The translations under genes were made by a program, and so were the position numbers. A DNA stretch of 64,000 nucleotides, from positions 96,001 through 160,000 of the forward strand of contig JBOEGF010000019.1 in assembly GCA_050633305.1 (NCBI GenBank), written 5' to 3'. Shown piece by piece: positions 1 through 8,715 of the stretch (the stretch's first letter is position 1; each line of letters opens with the position of its first letter). The DNA is from Nannocystales bacterium. GTDB taxonomy: Bacteria; Myxococcota_A; Polyangia; Nannocystales; Nannocystaceae. The notes beneath the pieces were generated by a model. It was not told the origin of the DNA. It made no database searches and worked only from the letters and a program-made list of their open reading frames with translations.

Positions 1-2
1 TC

Positions 3-1898
3 GACGGCAAGTTCCGTTTCGAAAAGCAGCTCGGTGAGGGCGGCATGGGGGCGGTGTGGGCGTGCGAGAACATTCTCGTCAAGAAGACGGTCGCCATCAA
101 GCTGATGCACGTCCAGTTTTCCAAGGACGAGGGGGTGCTCGGCCGCTTCCGCAACGAGGCGACTGCGGCGGGTCGCATCGGCAGCAAGCACATCTGCGAC
201 ATCCTCGACCTGGGGCGCTCCCAGCTCGGCCCGTACATCGTCATGGAAATGCTCCATGGCGCGGACTTCGCTGGCTTCATGCAGCAGCGGTCCGCGGTCG
301 ATCCGGGCACGATCGTGATGGTCATGCGGCAGGCGCTCGAAGGTCTGCAGGCCGCGCATGCCGCGGGCATCGTTCACCGAGATCTCAAGCCCGAGAACAT
401 CTTCCTGCATGAGCCCGAGCCAGGGCAGCTGTTGGTCAAGCTCATGGACTTCGGCATCTCGAAGTTCACCGAGGGAGAGATGGCCGGCAAGACAGGCATG
501 GGGGTGCTCATGGGCACGCCCGAGTACATGTCCCCGGAGCAGACCGAGGGTGCTGCGCAGGCTGACCACCGCACCGACATCTGGGCGATGGGCGTCATCC
601 TCTACTGGGCGCTCGCCGGACGAAACCCGTTCATGGGCGCGACGATGGCCTCGACGCTGATCAACGTAACGACGCGGGAACCGACCCCGATCTCGCAGGC
701 GGTGCCCGGAATCGATCCTGGGCTTGCCGCCGTGGTCGACCGCTGCCTCAAGAAGAGTCCTGCCGATCGCTTCGAGAGCTCCGAGGCGATGAGCGCAGCG
801 CTCGAGCCCTTCGAGAACCTGCAGGGCGCCTTCTTCGTCCCGTTCCTCAGTAAGTCGGGAACAACGGGTCGCGGCACATCGGCTCCGAGGACGCCGCCGC
901 CGGGTGCGACGGTCGCCTCGGTGGGGCCGCCGCAGATGCGACCTCCATCGGGGCCACCGCCTGCGGCTCCAGCTGCGGCGGCGGTGCCGACTCCGACGCC
1001 GTCGAGCAAGAGCGAGGACGTCATGGTTCTGGGCGCCGCGGGTGCCGGGGGTGGGCCGACGTTCTCCTCCGAGCTCTCCGGCGCACCTCCGGGTGCGTCT
1101 CCCACGATGGCGACCGGCGGCGACTGGGGCGGCTTGGGGGACGAATCTGACCTGCGCCCCGACAGCAACATGGGGTCCGGCAAGGGCGGTTTCCTCGTCA
1201 TCGCGCTCGTCGCGTTGGCGGTCGTCGCCGGGGGTGGGTACTTCGCGTACGCCGCGATGCAAGAGCCCGACGCCAAGGCCGTCGCGGCCAGCGCGGCTGC
1301 AAAAGCCGAGGAGCAGCAGGCCGAGGCAAAAGCGGCAGAGGAGGCTGCAAAAGCCGCGGAGGAAGCCGAGGCTGCGTTGCTGCCTGACGTTGGAGCCGGG
1401 GATGAAGCTGGCGACGAAGCCGGCGAAGAGGCAGAAGGTGGTGCAGTGGTGGCCGGAGCCGAAGGTGGTGCGGCCGAAGGTGGTGCGGCCGAGGGCGGCG
1501 CGGGTGAGGGCGGCGCAGCCGAAGGTGGCGCAGCTGAGGGTGGCGCGGCCGAAGGTGGCGCGGCCGAAGGCGGTGCAGACGAAGGTGGCGCAGCCGAAGG
1601 TGGCGACGAGGGTGGCGACGCGAAGCCATCGGGTGGCGGTTCGAAGCCATCGGGTGGCGGTTCGAAGCCATCGGGTGGCGGTTCGAAGCCATCGGGTGGC
1701 GGTTCGAAGCCATCGGGCGGAGGTTCGAAGCCATCGGGCGGAGGTTCGAAGCCATCGGATGATGATTCGGGCAAGGGCAAGCTGACCCCGAGCAAGGGCC
1801 CTCGCGACGACACGAGCGCCAAGAAGAAAAAGAAGAAAAAGAAGAAGGGCAAGAAGAAGAAGGGCAAGAAGAACAAGAAGCTGAGCCCCAGCGGCTGA
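3..1898 (+). CDS. Membrane Ser/Thr protein kinase (5' end truncated by window) with low-complexity C-terminus and poly-Lys tail
   Basis: Frame open from the window edge (DGKFRFEKQLGEGGMGAVW); VAIK, HRDLKPEN, DFG and GTPEYMSPE motifs; TM segment FLVIALVALAVVAGGGYFAY. Confidence 0.95.
   Translation, partial: DGKFRFEKQLGEGGMGAVWACENILVKKTVAIKLMHVQFSKDEGVLGRFRNEATAAGRIGSKHICDILDLGRSQLGPYIVMEMLHGADFAGFMQQRSAVDPGTIVMVMRQALEGLQAAHAAGIVHRDLKPENIFLHEPEPGQLLVKLMDFGISKFTEGEMAGKTGMGVLMGTPEYMSPEQTEGAAQADHRTDIWAMGVILYWALAGRNPFMGATMASTLINVTTREPTPISQAVPGIDPGLAAVVDRCLKKSPADRFESSEAMSAALEPFENLQGAFFVPFLSKSGTTGRGTSAPRTPPPGATVASVGPPQMRPPSGPPPAAPAAAAVPTPTPSSKSEDVMVLGAAGAGGGPTFSSELSGAPPGASPTMATGGDWGGLGDESDLRPDSNMGSGKGGFLVIALVALAVVAGGGYFAYAAMQEPDAKAVAASAAAKAEEQQAEAKAAEEAAKAAEEAEAALLPDVGAGDEAGDEAGEEAEGGAVVAGAEGGAAEGGAAEGGAGEGGAAEGGAAEGGAAEGGAAEGGADEGGAAEGGDEGGDAKPSGGGSKPSGGGSKPSGGGSKPSGGGSKPSGGGSKPSGGGSKPSDDDSGKGKLTPSKGPRDDTSAKKKKKKKKKGKKKKGKKNKKLSPSG
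1459..1620 (+). repeat. Imperfect 15-bp coding tandem repeat (EGGAA)n
   Basis: gccgaaggtggcgcg-like units seen directly in the sequence. Confidence 0.85.
1621..1758 (+). repeat. 21-bp coding tandem repeat (SKPSGGG), about 6.5 copies
   Basis: tcgaagccatcgggtggcggt repeated nearly perfectly; the last two full copies carry a variant (gggcggaggt). Confidence 0.95.
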
Positions 1899-1928
1899 AC
1901 GCCTCGTTCCCTTTGCGCCTCTGCTGCA

Positions 1929-2390
1929 ATGTCTCGTCTTCTTCTGTTGGTGCCTCTGCTGGCACACGCATGCGCCAAGGATCCGGGGGCGACTCCTCGT
2001 CGTGGTCCCGGCGCAGCAACCCCGTCCAAGCCGGGCGTGGGTTCGATCCGCGTCGGCAACCAGGTCAAGGGGGTCGAAGCTCAACCCGACTACAACGCTG
2101 AGGCAGAAGAGATCCGGCAGCGTGTCGAGGGCACGTTGCCGAGCCCGCTGCCCAGTCCCAAGGCGGCGTGCAACACGATGTTCGACGCGGTGCTCTCCAT
2201 GTATCGCCGCGTTGATGGGGACGGAGCGAGGTCGGTGACCCTGCTCGAGGCCACACGCGAGGCCGATCAGCTCGCGTGTGAGTCCGAAACCTCTTCGGCC
2301 GCCGCGGCGTGCGTGGCCGTGCTGATCACCCGCGACGGAGGAGAGTTCGCATGGCTTCTCGACCAGTGTTCACGCGCCTTCCCCACCTGA
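1929..2390 (+). CDS. Hypothetical lipoprotein
   Basis: Signal peptide with lipobox-like LLAHAC; paired Cys; GC3-rich codons. Confidence 0.75.
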   Translation: MSRLLLLVPLLAHACAKDPGATPRRGPGAATPSKPGVGSIRVGNQVKGVEAQPDYNAEAEEIRQRVEGTLPSPLPSPKAACNTMFDAVLSMYRRVDGDGARSVTLLEATREADQLACESETSSAAAACVAVLITRDGGEFAWLLDQCSRAFPT

Positions 2391-3604
2391 TTCTCTCGGT
2401 GGTCGCGTCGACGTTGGCGTGTTCGCATCCGCCGCCCGACGGCCCTTCGGTCGAAGCGGCGGCGGCCCCGAGCGAGCCTTCGCAGGCGGCAGGTCAGCCT
2501 GACGCAGAGCCGGCGGCCGTCGCTCAGGCCGCCTCCACACCCGACACCGTGGCCGCGGCCGAGGCCGAGCCTGCCCCGCCAACCAAGCCGCCCAAGGCCG
2601 AGTCTCTGACGATGACGTTCGTCGGCGACATCATTTTTGGGCGCTATCGAGAGACGGGGTTCGACCCGATTCCCGAAGACGGTTTCGCGGTGTTCGAGGC
2701 GATGGAGTCCGCCCTGGACAGTGACGTCTTGATCGGCAACCTCGAGACCCCGCTCGTCTACGACCTGCCCGAAACCTCGCCGATCGGGTCCAAGTTCGCC
2801 TTCGGGGCGTCGAAGGAGCACGCCAAGCTGTTGGTCGACGGGGGCTTCGACGCGGTCAGCCTCGCCAACAACCACTGGTACGACCAACGTCGGACAGGCG
2901 TGGAGGAAACGCCCAAGATTCTCGAAGAACTCGGCATCGTGCCGCTGGGAGGCGCGACGAATGAGCCGGAGGTCTTCCGTGTGCAGCCGGTCGAGGCGAA
3001 GGGCTGGCGGATTGGGGTGCTCGCGTTCACCAACCGCAGCAACGCACCCCAGCGCGACGATGCGCCGACGCTTCCGTTCCTCAGCGCCCGCGAGGTTGCT
3101 GGCACCGTCGCGCCAGTCATGGAGGCGGCGAGGGGCGAGTACGACGTGTTGGTCGGCTTTGTACACTGGGGCGAGGAGTATGAAGACGGTCCCAGTGGCG
3201 CACAGAAGAAGGCCGCCCACGCGTTGATCGATGCGGGTGCCGACCTCGTCATCGCCCACCACCCGCATGTCTTACAGGGCGTCGAGGTCTATGGTGACGG
3301 ACTGATCGCGTACTCAATGGGCAACTTCTTGTTCGAGAACACGAACGACCCCGCGCGATTGACCGGAGTCCTTCGCGTCACCATGCGCGCCGATGGGTGC
3401 CGAGACGAGGTCCGTTTCCACCCGGCGTACGTCAAGCGGATTCCCGTGCAGCACCCAGTACCCGCGGCCGGGTACATGGGCCGAAAGGTTCGCGAGCGGA
3501 TGCGGATGGTCAGCCGACGATTCGGGCTGACGTGGGACGATGTCGAGGTGGACGGTGCGGTCGATCTCCGACTCGAGGATCCGAGCTCCTGCCCGACCCC
3601 GTGA
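2351..3604 (+). CDS. CapA/PGA_cap family metallophosphatase-like lipoprotein
   Basis: Motifs FVGDII, GNLETP, SLANNH, HWGEEY, HHPHV, YSMGNF; lipobox STLAC; start (2351 or 2366) uncertain. Confidence 0.9.
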   Translation: MASRPVFTRLPHLILSVVASTLACSHPPPDGPSVEAAAAPSEPSQAAGQPDAEPAAVAQAASTPDTVAAAEAEPAPPTKPPKAESLTMTFVGDIIFGRYRETGFDPIPEDGFAVFEAMESALDSDVLIGNLETPLVYDLPETSPIGSKFAFGASKEHAKLLVDGGFDAVSLANNHWYDQRRTGVEETPKILEELGIVPLGGATNEPEVFRVQPVEAKGWRIGVLAFTNRSNAPQRDDAPTLPFLSAREVAGTVAPVMEAARGEYDVLVGFVHWGEEYEDGPSGAQKKAAHALIDAGADLVIAHHPHVLQGVEVYGDGLIAYSMGNFLFENTNDPARLTGVLRVTMRADGCRDEVRFHPAYVKRIPVQHPVPAAGYMGRKVRERMRMVSRRFGLTWDDVEVDGAVDLRLEDPSSCPTP

Positions 3605-3766
3605 GATTGGAGGGATGGCAACTGTCGTGGCCGGCAACGTCGGTCGCTCCCGGCTCGGGGGCCTGACGAGCCGTTCCGCCTGCTGTAAGTGGTTGCAACT
3701 AGGCCTGTTCTCGCATGTGTGCCTAACGTCTACATGTTGGCGTCGACGTTGCATTTCCGCGCCTCC

Positions 3767-4708
3767 ATGCGAGCTCGCGCCCTACTCCTGACCCTCGGCT
3801 TCTCCCTCTTCGGTGGATGTGACGGCGGCCCCGTGAGGGGGGACGGCGGCGCGACCCCGACGAACGACGACCGTGGCGGCTTGGGGAAAGCCGACTTGGT
3901 GGGTACCTGCGAGCTGCCCGACGGCACCGACCTTTGCGACGGTCCGGGTTGGGGCAACTGCTGGTGCGACGATCTTTGTGTCGCCTACGGTGACTGTTGC
4001 AGCGACGTCGACTCGGTATGCGGCATCGAGGAGCCGGAGCCCGAGGGAGAGCCTTGCGGTGGGTTCCTTGGCGATACGTGCTCGGACTCCGAGTACTGTG
4101 CCTACGAGGCCGGCCAGTACTGTGGTGCGGCCGATGCATCGTCCACATGCGAGCCGCGCCCCGAGGCCTGCATCGAGCTCTACGCTCCGGTCTGCGGCTG
4201 CGACGGCAACACCTACTCCAACAGCTGCTTCGCAGCGTCCGCGGGCACCGGGGTCAGCTACGAGGGGGAGTGCGAGCCGCCTCCTCCTGGCGGCTTCTGT
4301 GGCGGGATCGCGGGCATCCAATGCCCCGACGGCCAAGTGTGTGTCAACGACCCGAGCGACGGCTGTGACCCTGAACTCGGCGGAGCCGATTGCGGTGGTG
4401 TCTGCGTTCTCGACGAGCCCGACGAGTGCGCCCCCGTGCTGTGCGAGCTGTTCTGTGAGAACGGCTTTGCGTTGGACGAAGACGGCTGCGAGGTCTGCTC
4501 CTGTGCCGAGCCCGAGCCCGAGCCGTGCATCGTCAGTGGCTGCAACGCGGAGATTTGCGCCGCCGAGCCGATGTTCTCGCCCTGCGTTGCGCTGCCCCAG
4601 TTCGCATGCTTCGACGATGCCGAGTGCGGTCACTTCGCGGCGGACGGCGGCTGCGGCTGGAAGCAGACCGAGGCGCTGACCAGCTGCCTCGAGGGGTTCG
4701 ACGCGTAG
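3767..4708 (+). CDS. Cys-rich lipoprotein with somatomedin-B-like, Kazal, antistasin-like and eight-Cys modules
   Basis: Lipobox LFGGC and GKAD motif; CWCDDLCVAYGDCCSD (SMB); CIELYAPVCGCDGNTYSNSC (Kazal); CELFCENGFALDEDGCEVCSC (antistasin); CIVSGCNAEICA...CGW. Confidence 0.85.
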   Translation: MRARALLLTLGFSLFGGCDGGPVRGDGGATPTNDDRGGLGKADLVGTCELPDGTDLCDGPGWGNCWCDDLCVAYGDCCSDVDSVCGIEEPEPEGEPCGGFLGDTCSDSEYCAYEAGQYCGAADASSTCEPRPEACIELYAPVCGCDGNTYSNSCFAASAGTGVSYEGECEPPPPGGFCGGIAGIQCPDGQVCVNDPSDGCDPELGGADCGGVCVLDEPDECAPVLCELFCENGFALDEDGCEVCSCAEPEPEPCIVSGCNAEICAAEPMFSPCVALPQFACFDDAECGHFAADGGCGWKQTEALTSCLEGFDA

Positions 4709-4833
4709 GCGCGTACGCCGACGCTCGAGACGACCATCCGGCGCCCAGGGGTGCCGTCGACCGGACCGAAGTGGCCACCGCAATGGCCGCGACGGTCCGC
4801 GTTTCGTTGAGCCTCCCGAGTCACCTTGAGGTC

Positions 4834-5538
4834 ATGAAAACGACTTGGACCTGGTTCTTCGATGTGACGCTTTGTGCCCTGACCGGCTGTGTTCTGGCCG
4901 GCTGTCCGTCGGAGGATGATGACGGCGGAGAGGTGGGGGCTGCGACGACCTCGTCGACCGGTGAGGCGGCAGGGGAAGCGACCGGCGGTGCAACCCCTTC
5001 GAGCGGAGGGGCAGAGTCGACGAGTACGAGCGACGCCCCGACCAGCGCATCGGGGACCACCACGACGACGGCGGCGGAGACCTCGGACTCCGCTGCTTCG
5101 AGCTCGGAAGGCTCCAGCGAGGGCGGCGACACCGAAGCTGCAACGTATGCGGTGTCTGGAACTGTCACGCGCAGTGCGATGCTGCCCAACGACGGAGACG
5201 GGGTGGGCACTCTCGTGGTGGGCGCATTCGCGGAGTGCACCCTGCAAGCGCCGATTGTCCTCGGTGCGGCGATCATCCCGAATGCGGATCTCTCGGCCGA
5301 CGATGCGTCGGTCGAGTTCATGATCGAGCCGCTGCCAGAGGGGTCCGTCTTCCTGGTCTCGTTCTTGGACGACGATGGCAACCTGGATCCGGACAACCCG
5401 TTGCCCGATGATGGAGACCCGGTTCTGGCCGAGGGCGTGGGCGACGGGATCCTGACCTGTATCGAGGTGGTGATCGACGGTGACGACGTGCCCGACGTCG
5501 TCGTCGACCTCAACGAGATTGCGATGCCACAGGGCTGA
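4834..5538 (+). CDS. Hypothetical lipoprotein with Ser/Thr linker and acidic beta-sandwich-like C-domain
   Basis: GAGG RBS before ATG 4834; lipobox VLAGC; FLDDDGN motif. Confidence 0.8.
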   Translation: MKTTWTWFFDVTLCALTGCVLAGCPSEDDDGGEVGAATTSSTGEAAGEATGGATPSSGGAESTSTSDAPTSASGTTTTTAAETSDSAASSSEGSSEGGDTEAATYAVSGTVTRSAMLPNDGDGVGTLVVGAFAECTLQAPIVLGAAIIPNADLSADDASVEFMIEPLPEGSVFLVSFLDDDGNLDPDNPLPDDGDPVLAEGVGDGILTCIEVVIDGDDVPDVVVDLNEIAMPQG

Positions 5539-6517
5539 AGCTGCGCGGCGAGTTCCCAAGCCACCTTCGATGGGCGCGGCGAAACGCGGAGGCGTCGGAG
5601 TAGCCCAGCTTTGACGAGGCGTTTTCGACGGTGCCGCCTTCGAGCAGTTCGAGGGCAGCACTCCGCAGCGCGTCGTCGAGCACCGACTGAAACGAGCTTT
5701 GCTCGGCGGCGAGTTTGCGCCTCAACGTGCGAGCGCTCAGCCCCAGGGCGGACGCGACGTCGGCGCATGGGAGCCCCGCGGTCGGTCCGAGGACGGCGAT
5801 CGCGGCTTCGACCCGAGCCTGCATCGTGGTCTCGGTGTGGCTGCGCCACCGCGCGTGGTCCTCGAGGAGGTCTCGAAGCTGGGGGTCCGCCGTACACAGG
5901 GGAGCGTCTAGGTCGGCGGCGTCGTATTCGAGCCCGAGCGTAGGCTGTCCGACTTCGGTGGGGCAGCCCAGCCACCTGCAGGCCGCGTGTCCTTGCTCGG
6001 CGGCGACTGCCTGCCCCAGGAATGCTCGACGGGGGCGGACGCCTGCGTGGTGCCATGCAAAGCTGGCCACCACGGCGACCGAAAACAAGTCCACGGAGGC
6101 CGGGCGGGGGTGAAACGAGTTGACGCTGAGGCGGACGCGGCTTCGGCTCGACTCGACTCGGTGCGTGGTCGCGTTTCCGAGCAAGGCGCCGTAGTGGCGG
6201 CACAGGGTTCGGAAGGCATCGCCGACGGTGGGTGCCGCCGCGAGGAGATACGTGAGGTGTCCGTAGCTGGCCGGGCCTACCGTGTCGGCGATGCGCAGCG
6301 GCAACTCCGGGTCCGAGTGACCGACCGCAGCTTCCCAGACCGCGTCTGTCTTTGCGCTGGGTAGCCGAAGGTCGAGCTGCAATGTTGCGCAGGAGAGTCC
6401 GACAGCTCGCAAAGCATCGGGGCCCCGCTCACCCACTGCGTCGCGGATAGGCCGAAGGGCGCGGGCGTCCAGCGTACGTAGGGCGGGCACACCTTGATGG
6501 TGCCCGCCGTCGACCAA
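5510..6517 (-). CDS. AraC-family transcriptional regulator (OruR/Arabinose_bd_2 type)
   Basis: C-terminal HTH: VASALGLSARTLRRKL...LGYSDASAFRRAHRRWLG; start uncertain. Confidence 0.9.
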   Translation of the reverse strand: MVDGGHHQGVPALRTLDARALRPIRDAVGERGPDALRAVGLSCATLQLDLRLPSAKTDAVWEAAVGHSDPELPLRIADTVGPASYGHLTYLLAAAPTVGDAFRTLCRHYGALLGNATTHRVESSRSRVRLSVNSFHPRPASVDLFSVAVVASFAWHHAGVRPRRAFLGQAVAAEQGHAACRWLGCPTEVGQPTLGLEYDAADLDAPLCTADPQLRDLLEDHARWRSHTETTMQARVEAAIAVLGPTAGLPCADVASALGLSARTLRRKLAAEQSSFQSVLDDALRSAALELLEGGTVENASSKLGYSDASAFRRAHRRWLGNSPRSFSPVASQSR

Positions 6518-6552
6518 ACGATCACGCCTTTGTGGCGGGAGGGAGTTGGGCT

Positions 6553-7101
6553 CTACACCCGGAGCGCAGGAAAGTCGTAAACCACAGCGCCCTCGTCGGT
6601 GATGTCGACGTTGGCATGTCCTGCCTTGGCGATCTCGGTGAGCTTGGCGTCCGCTTCGGAGACCGGGATCGCGAGCTCTGCCGCGGTCGACGCCGCTGTG
6701 AGGCGGCCGCTGCGAAGCCGAGCCAGCTTGAGAACTCGGAGCTCGAGGTCGACCGTTGGGTCACGCAGGTCGGCGTTGGGATCCTGAGGCGGCGCGTACG
6801 CTGGGCCTGGAGGCGGGTACCCTGGGTTCGGCGGGTACGCTTGGTGGGGCGGATAGCCGCCTGCGTACGGCGCGCCGCCGGGCGGGAGCATCGCTTGACC
6901 AGCCGGAAGCGCGTACCGGTTGGACTCACGCACCTGCGACTCCATGGTGATGAGATCGTAGATGGTGCCCAGCATGAACAAACCACCGGTCAGGAACCAG
7001 ATGATCCCGGTCACCGGCTTGCCCAGGTAGAAACGATGAACGCCTGACACGCCCAAGAAGCCCAACGCGGCGAGCAGGTAGGAAACAGTCAGGCTGCGCA
7101 T
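6553..7101 (-). CDS. TM2 (NINE) domain membrane protein with C-terminal winged-helix-like segment
   Basis: GVHRFYLGKPVTGIIWFLTGGLF TM2 signature; Pro/Tyr-rich linker. Confidence 0.85.
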   Translation of the reverse strand: MRSLTVSYLLAALGFLGVSGVHRFYLGKPVTGIIWFLTGGLFMLGTIYDLITMESQVRESNRYALPAGQAMLPPGGAPYAGGYPPHQAYPPNPGYPPPGPAYAPPQDPNADLRDPTVDLELRVLKLARLRSGRLTAASTAAELAIPVSEADAKLTEIAKAGHANVDITDEGAVVYDFPALRV

Positions 7102-7136
7102 GAATGGGAGGATAGCAGCGGGGCGTGCATAGGTGG

Positions 7137-8177
7137 TCATGGGGCGGGCGAGAGTGCGAACCCCGAGCCCGACGTCGGTATTCCTTCGGGCGTTAGACCG
7201 CGAAGGAGGGACGGGAGGTCCTGACTGCGCTTGAGGGTCGCGAACAACCCGGCGTAGACCTCGGACGCCGGCGCTGCGAGCCGTAGCCACTGTTTGCACC
7301 GTCCCAGCGCGACCGCCTCCGTGCCCCCACCATCGAGGATGCGCTGCGCATAGTCTCGGAGTCGCTCGCAGAGCCAGATCGGGTCGAGCTCGGGATCCCG
7401 GTGTCCGCGCAGCTGCCTGAACAGGCGGGGCCGACCCATGGCGCCACGCCCGATCATGAACGCGGTGCAGCCGCTGACCTGCTGACAGGCCTCGACAGCC
7501 TCGACCGTGTTGAGGTCGCCATTGGCCACGACGGGCATGCGTACCGCCTCACGGGCGCGCCCGATGCTGCCCCAGTCGACGGGCGGCCGATATCCCTGCA
7601 TGCGAGTCCGGGCATGGATCGTCAGCCATGACGCGCCGCCCTGCTCGATCGAGCGGGCGATGTCCTCCACGTGGTCGGCGTTCTCCCAGCCGAGCCGGAT
7701 CTTTACGGTGACTGGGATGGAGTCGGGGACCGCCTGGCGTACTGCCGTGGTGATCGCTTCCAGACGGTGCGGGAACTGTAGAATTGTCGCGCCTCCATCG
7801 CTCTTGTTGACCGTCTTGGCCGGGCAGCCGAAGTTGATGTCGATCCCTGGAGCTCCCATCTCGACACATCGAGCGGCCGTCGCGGCCATCGGCTCCGGTT
7901 GTCCTCCGAGTAGCTGAACGAAGACCGGTACACTCGAGGCTGTCGTTCCGCCGGTCTGTACTTCGGGGCAGTGCTTGAGGATGACCTTGGGCACCACGGC
8001 CATGCGGGTGACCCGGACGAACTCCGACACACACATGCTGATGCCGCAGGCGCCACCGTGCAGGCCCGTGAGCAAGTCGCGATAGACCCAGTCGGTCACG
8101 CCGTCCATCGGCGCGAGTGCTGCGAACAGACCCGGTGCGCCCGGGGTGCGAGCGACGCGGGGGTCGATGACGGTCAC
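7137..8177 (-). CDS. dus: tRNA-dihydrouridine synthase (DusC-like)
   Basis: LAPMDGVTD, IDINFGCPAK, TVKIRLGW, IHART, ANGD and MIGRGA motifs; GTG start overlaps the upstream TGA. Confidence 0.93.
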   Translation of the reverse strand: MTVIDPRVARTPGAPGLFAALAPMDGVTDWVYRDLLTGLHGGACGISMCVSEFVRVTRMAVVPKVILKHCPEVQTGGTTASSVPVFVQLLGGQPEPMAATAARCVEMGAPGIDINFGCPAKTVNKSDGGATILQFPHRLEAITTAVRQAVPDSIPVTVKIRLGWENADHVEDIARSIEQGGASWLTIHARTRMQGYRPPVDWGSIGRAREAVRMPVVANGDLNTVEAVEACQQVSGCTAFMIGRGAMGRPRLFRQLRGHRDPELDPIWLCERLRDYAQRILDGGGTEAVALGRCKQWLRLAAPASEVYAGLFATLKRSQDLPSLLRGLTPEGIPTSGSGFALSPAP

Positions 8178-8458
8178 AGCGTGAGCTCGAGCTGGCCGTC
8201 GAGCTTGGGGGACCACGGGACCAGGAGGAACTCGTAGGTGCGGGATGGGGTCGCCCCGGCCCGGCTCCGAACCTTGCGGCAGATGAAGCCGGCGGGGGTC
8301 AGTCGCCGAGCTTCGAGCATCGCCCAGATCTCATGCTCGGTGTCCTGGGCCGCATACCCGTTGTGCTCGAGGGTATCCACGACGGAGCCCATCGCCATGC
8401 CTTGGTCGGGGGCGGATTCGACGAGGGCGACGATCGCCTGGCGGAGGGCTGAGCGCAT
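8174..8458 (-). CDS. Small hypothetical protein, translationally coupled to dus
   Basis: GTGA overlap with the dus start; protein-like composition; start uncertain. Confidence 0.7.
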   Translation of the reverse strand: MRSALRQAIVALVESAPDQGMAMGSVVDTLEHNGYAAQDTEHEIWAMLEARRLTPAGFICRKVRSRAGATPSRTYEFLLVPWSPKLDGQLELTL

Positions 8459-8508
8459 GGACGGCGGAGCATCGCGTGGGCGCCCCTCCGGCGCAAACGG
8501 AACTTTGG

Positions 8509-8547
8509 TGAAAATGCTGTTGACTTTCATTTTCATTGTGGCAAAGT
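8509..8547 (+). promoter_or_regulatory. Fur-box-like operator overlapping a sigma70-like promoter
   Basis: TGAAAATG (8509-8516) N11 CATTTTCA (8528-8535) perfect inverted repeat; TTGACT at 8520-8525; TGn-CAAAGT at 8539-8547; AT-rich patch in GC-rich DNA. Confidence 0.6.
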
Positions 8548-8554
8548 GGCTCTC

Positions 8555-8678
8555 GTTGGAGCCCGGTCACGAACGTCTTCGTTCGGCTCCTTGCAGGCAT
8601 CACCGGGCGAAAACGCCAAATGGCCAGTCGGCCCAATCGTAGCGTGGTGCGTCGCTGCGGTTGGGCCGACGTTTTTTT
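8555..8678 (+). ncRNA. Candidate small regulatory RNA
   Basis: Lies between a promoter-like element and a + strand intrinsic terminator while both flanking genes are on the - strand; internal stems ggagcc/ggctcc, gaacg/cgttc, gcccggt/accgggc. Confidence 0.5.
8627..8678 (+). terminator. Rho-independent terminator
   Basis: 18-bp stem gtcggcccaatcgtagcg / cgctgcggttgggccgac (two G-U pairs that work only on +), then T7 at 8672-8678. Confidence 0.85.
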
Positions 8679-8715
8679 GCGGCGCGGGGGATCTCCGAGA
8701 ACCCGGGGAGCGCGC

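Noticed and set aside
1621..1758. CRISPR or non-coding repeat
   Set aside because: Head-to-tail with no spacers; in frame within the kinase
8238..8642. 134-aa + strand ORF covering the sRNA candidate
   Set aside because: Antisense to a real gene, runs through the promoter, has no RBS, and stops inside the terminator stem
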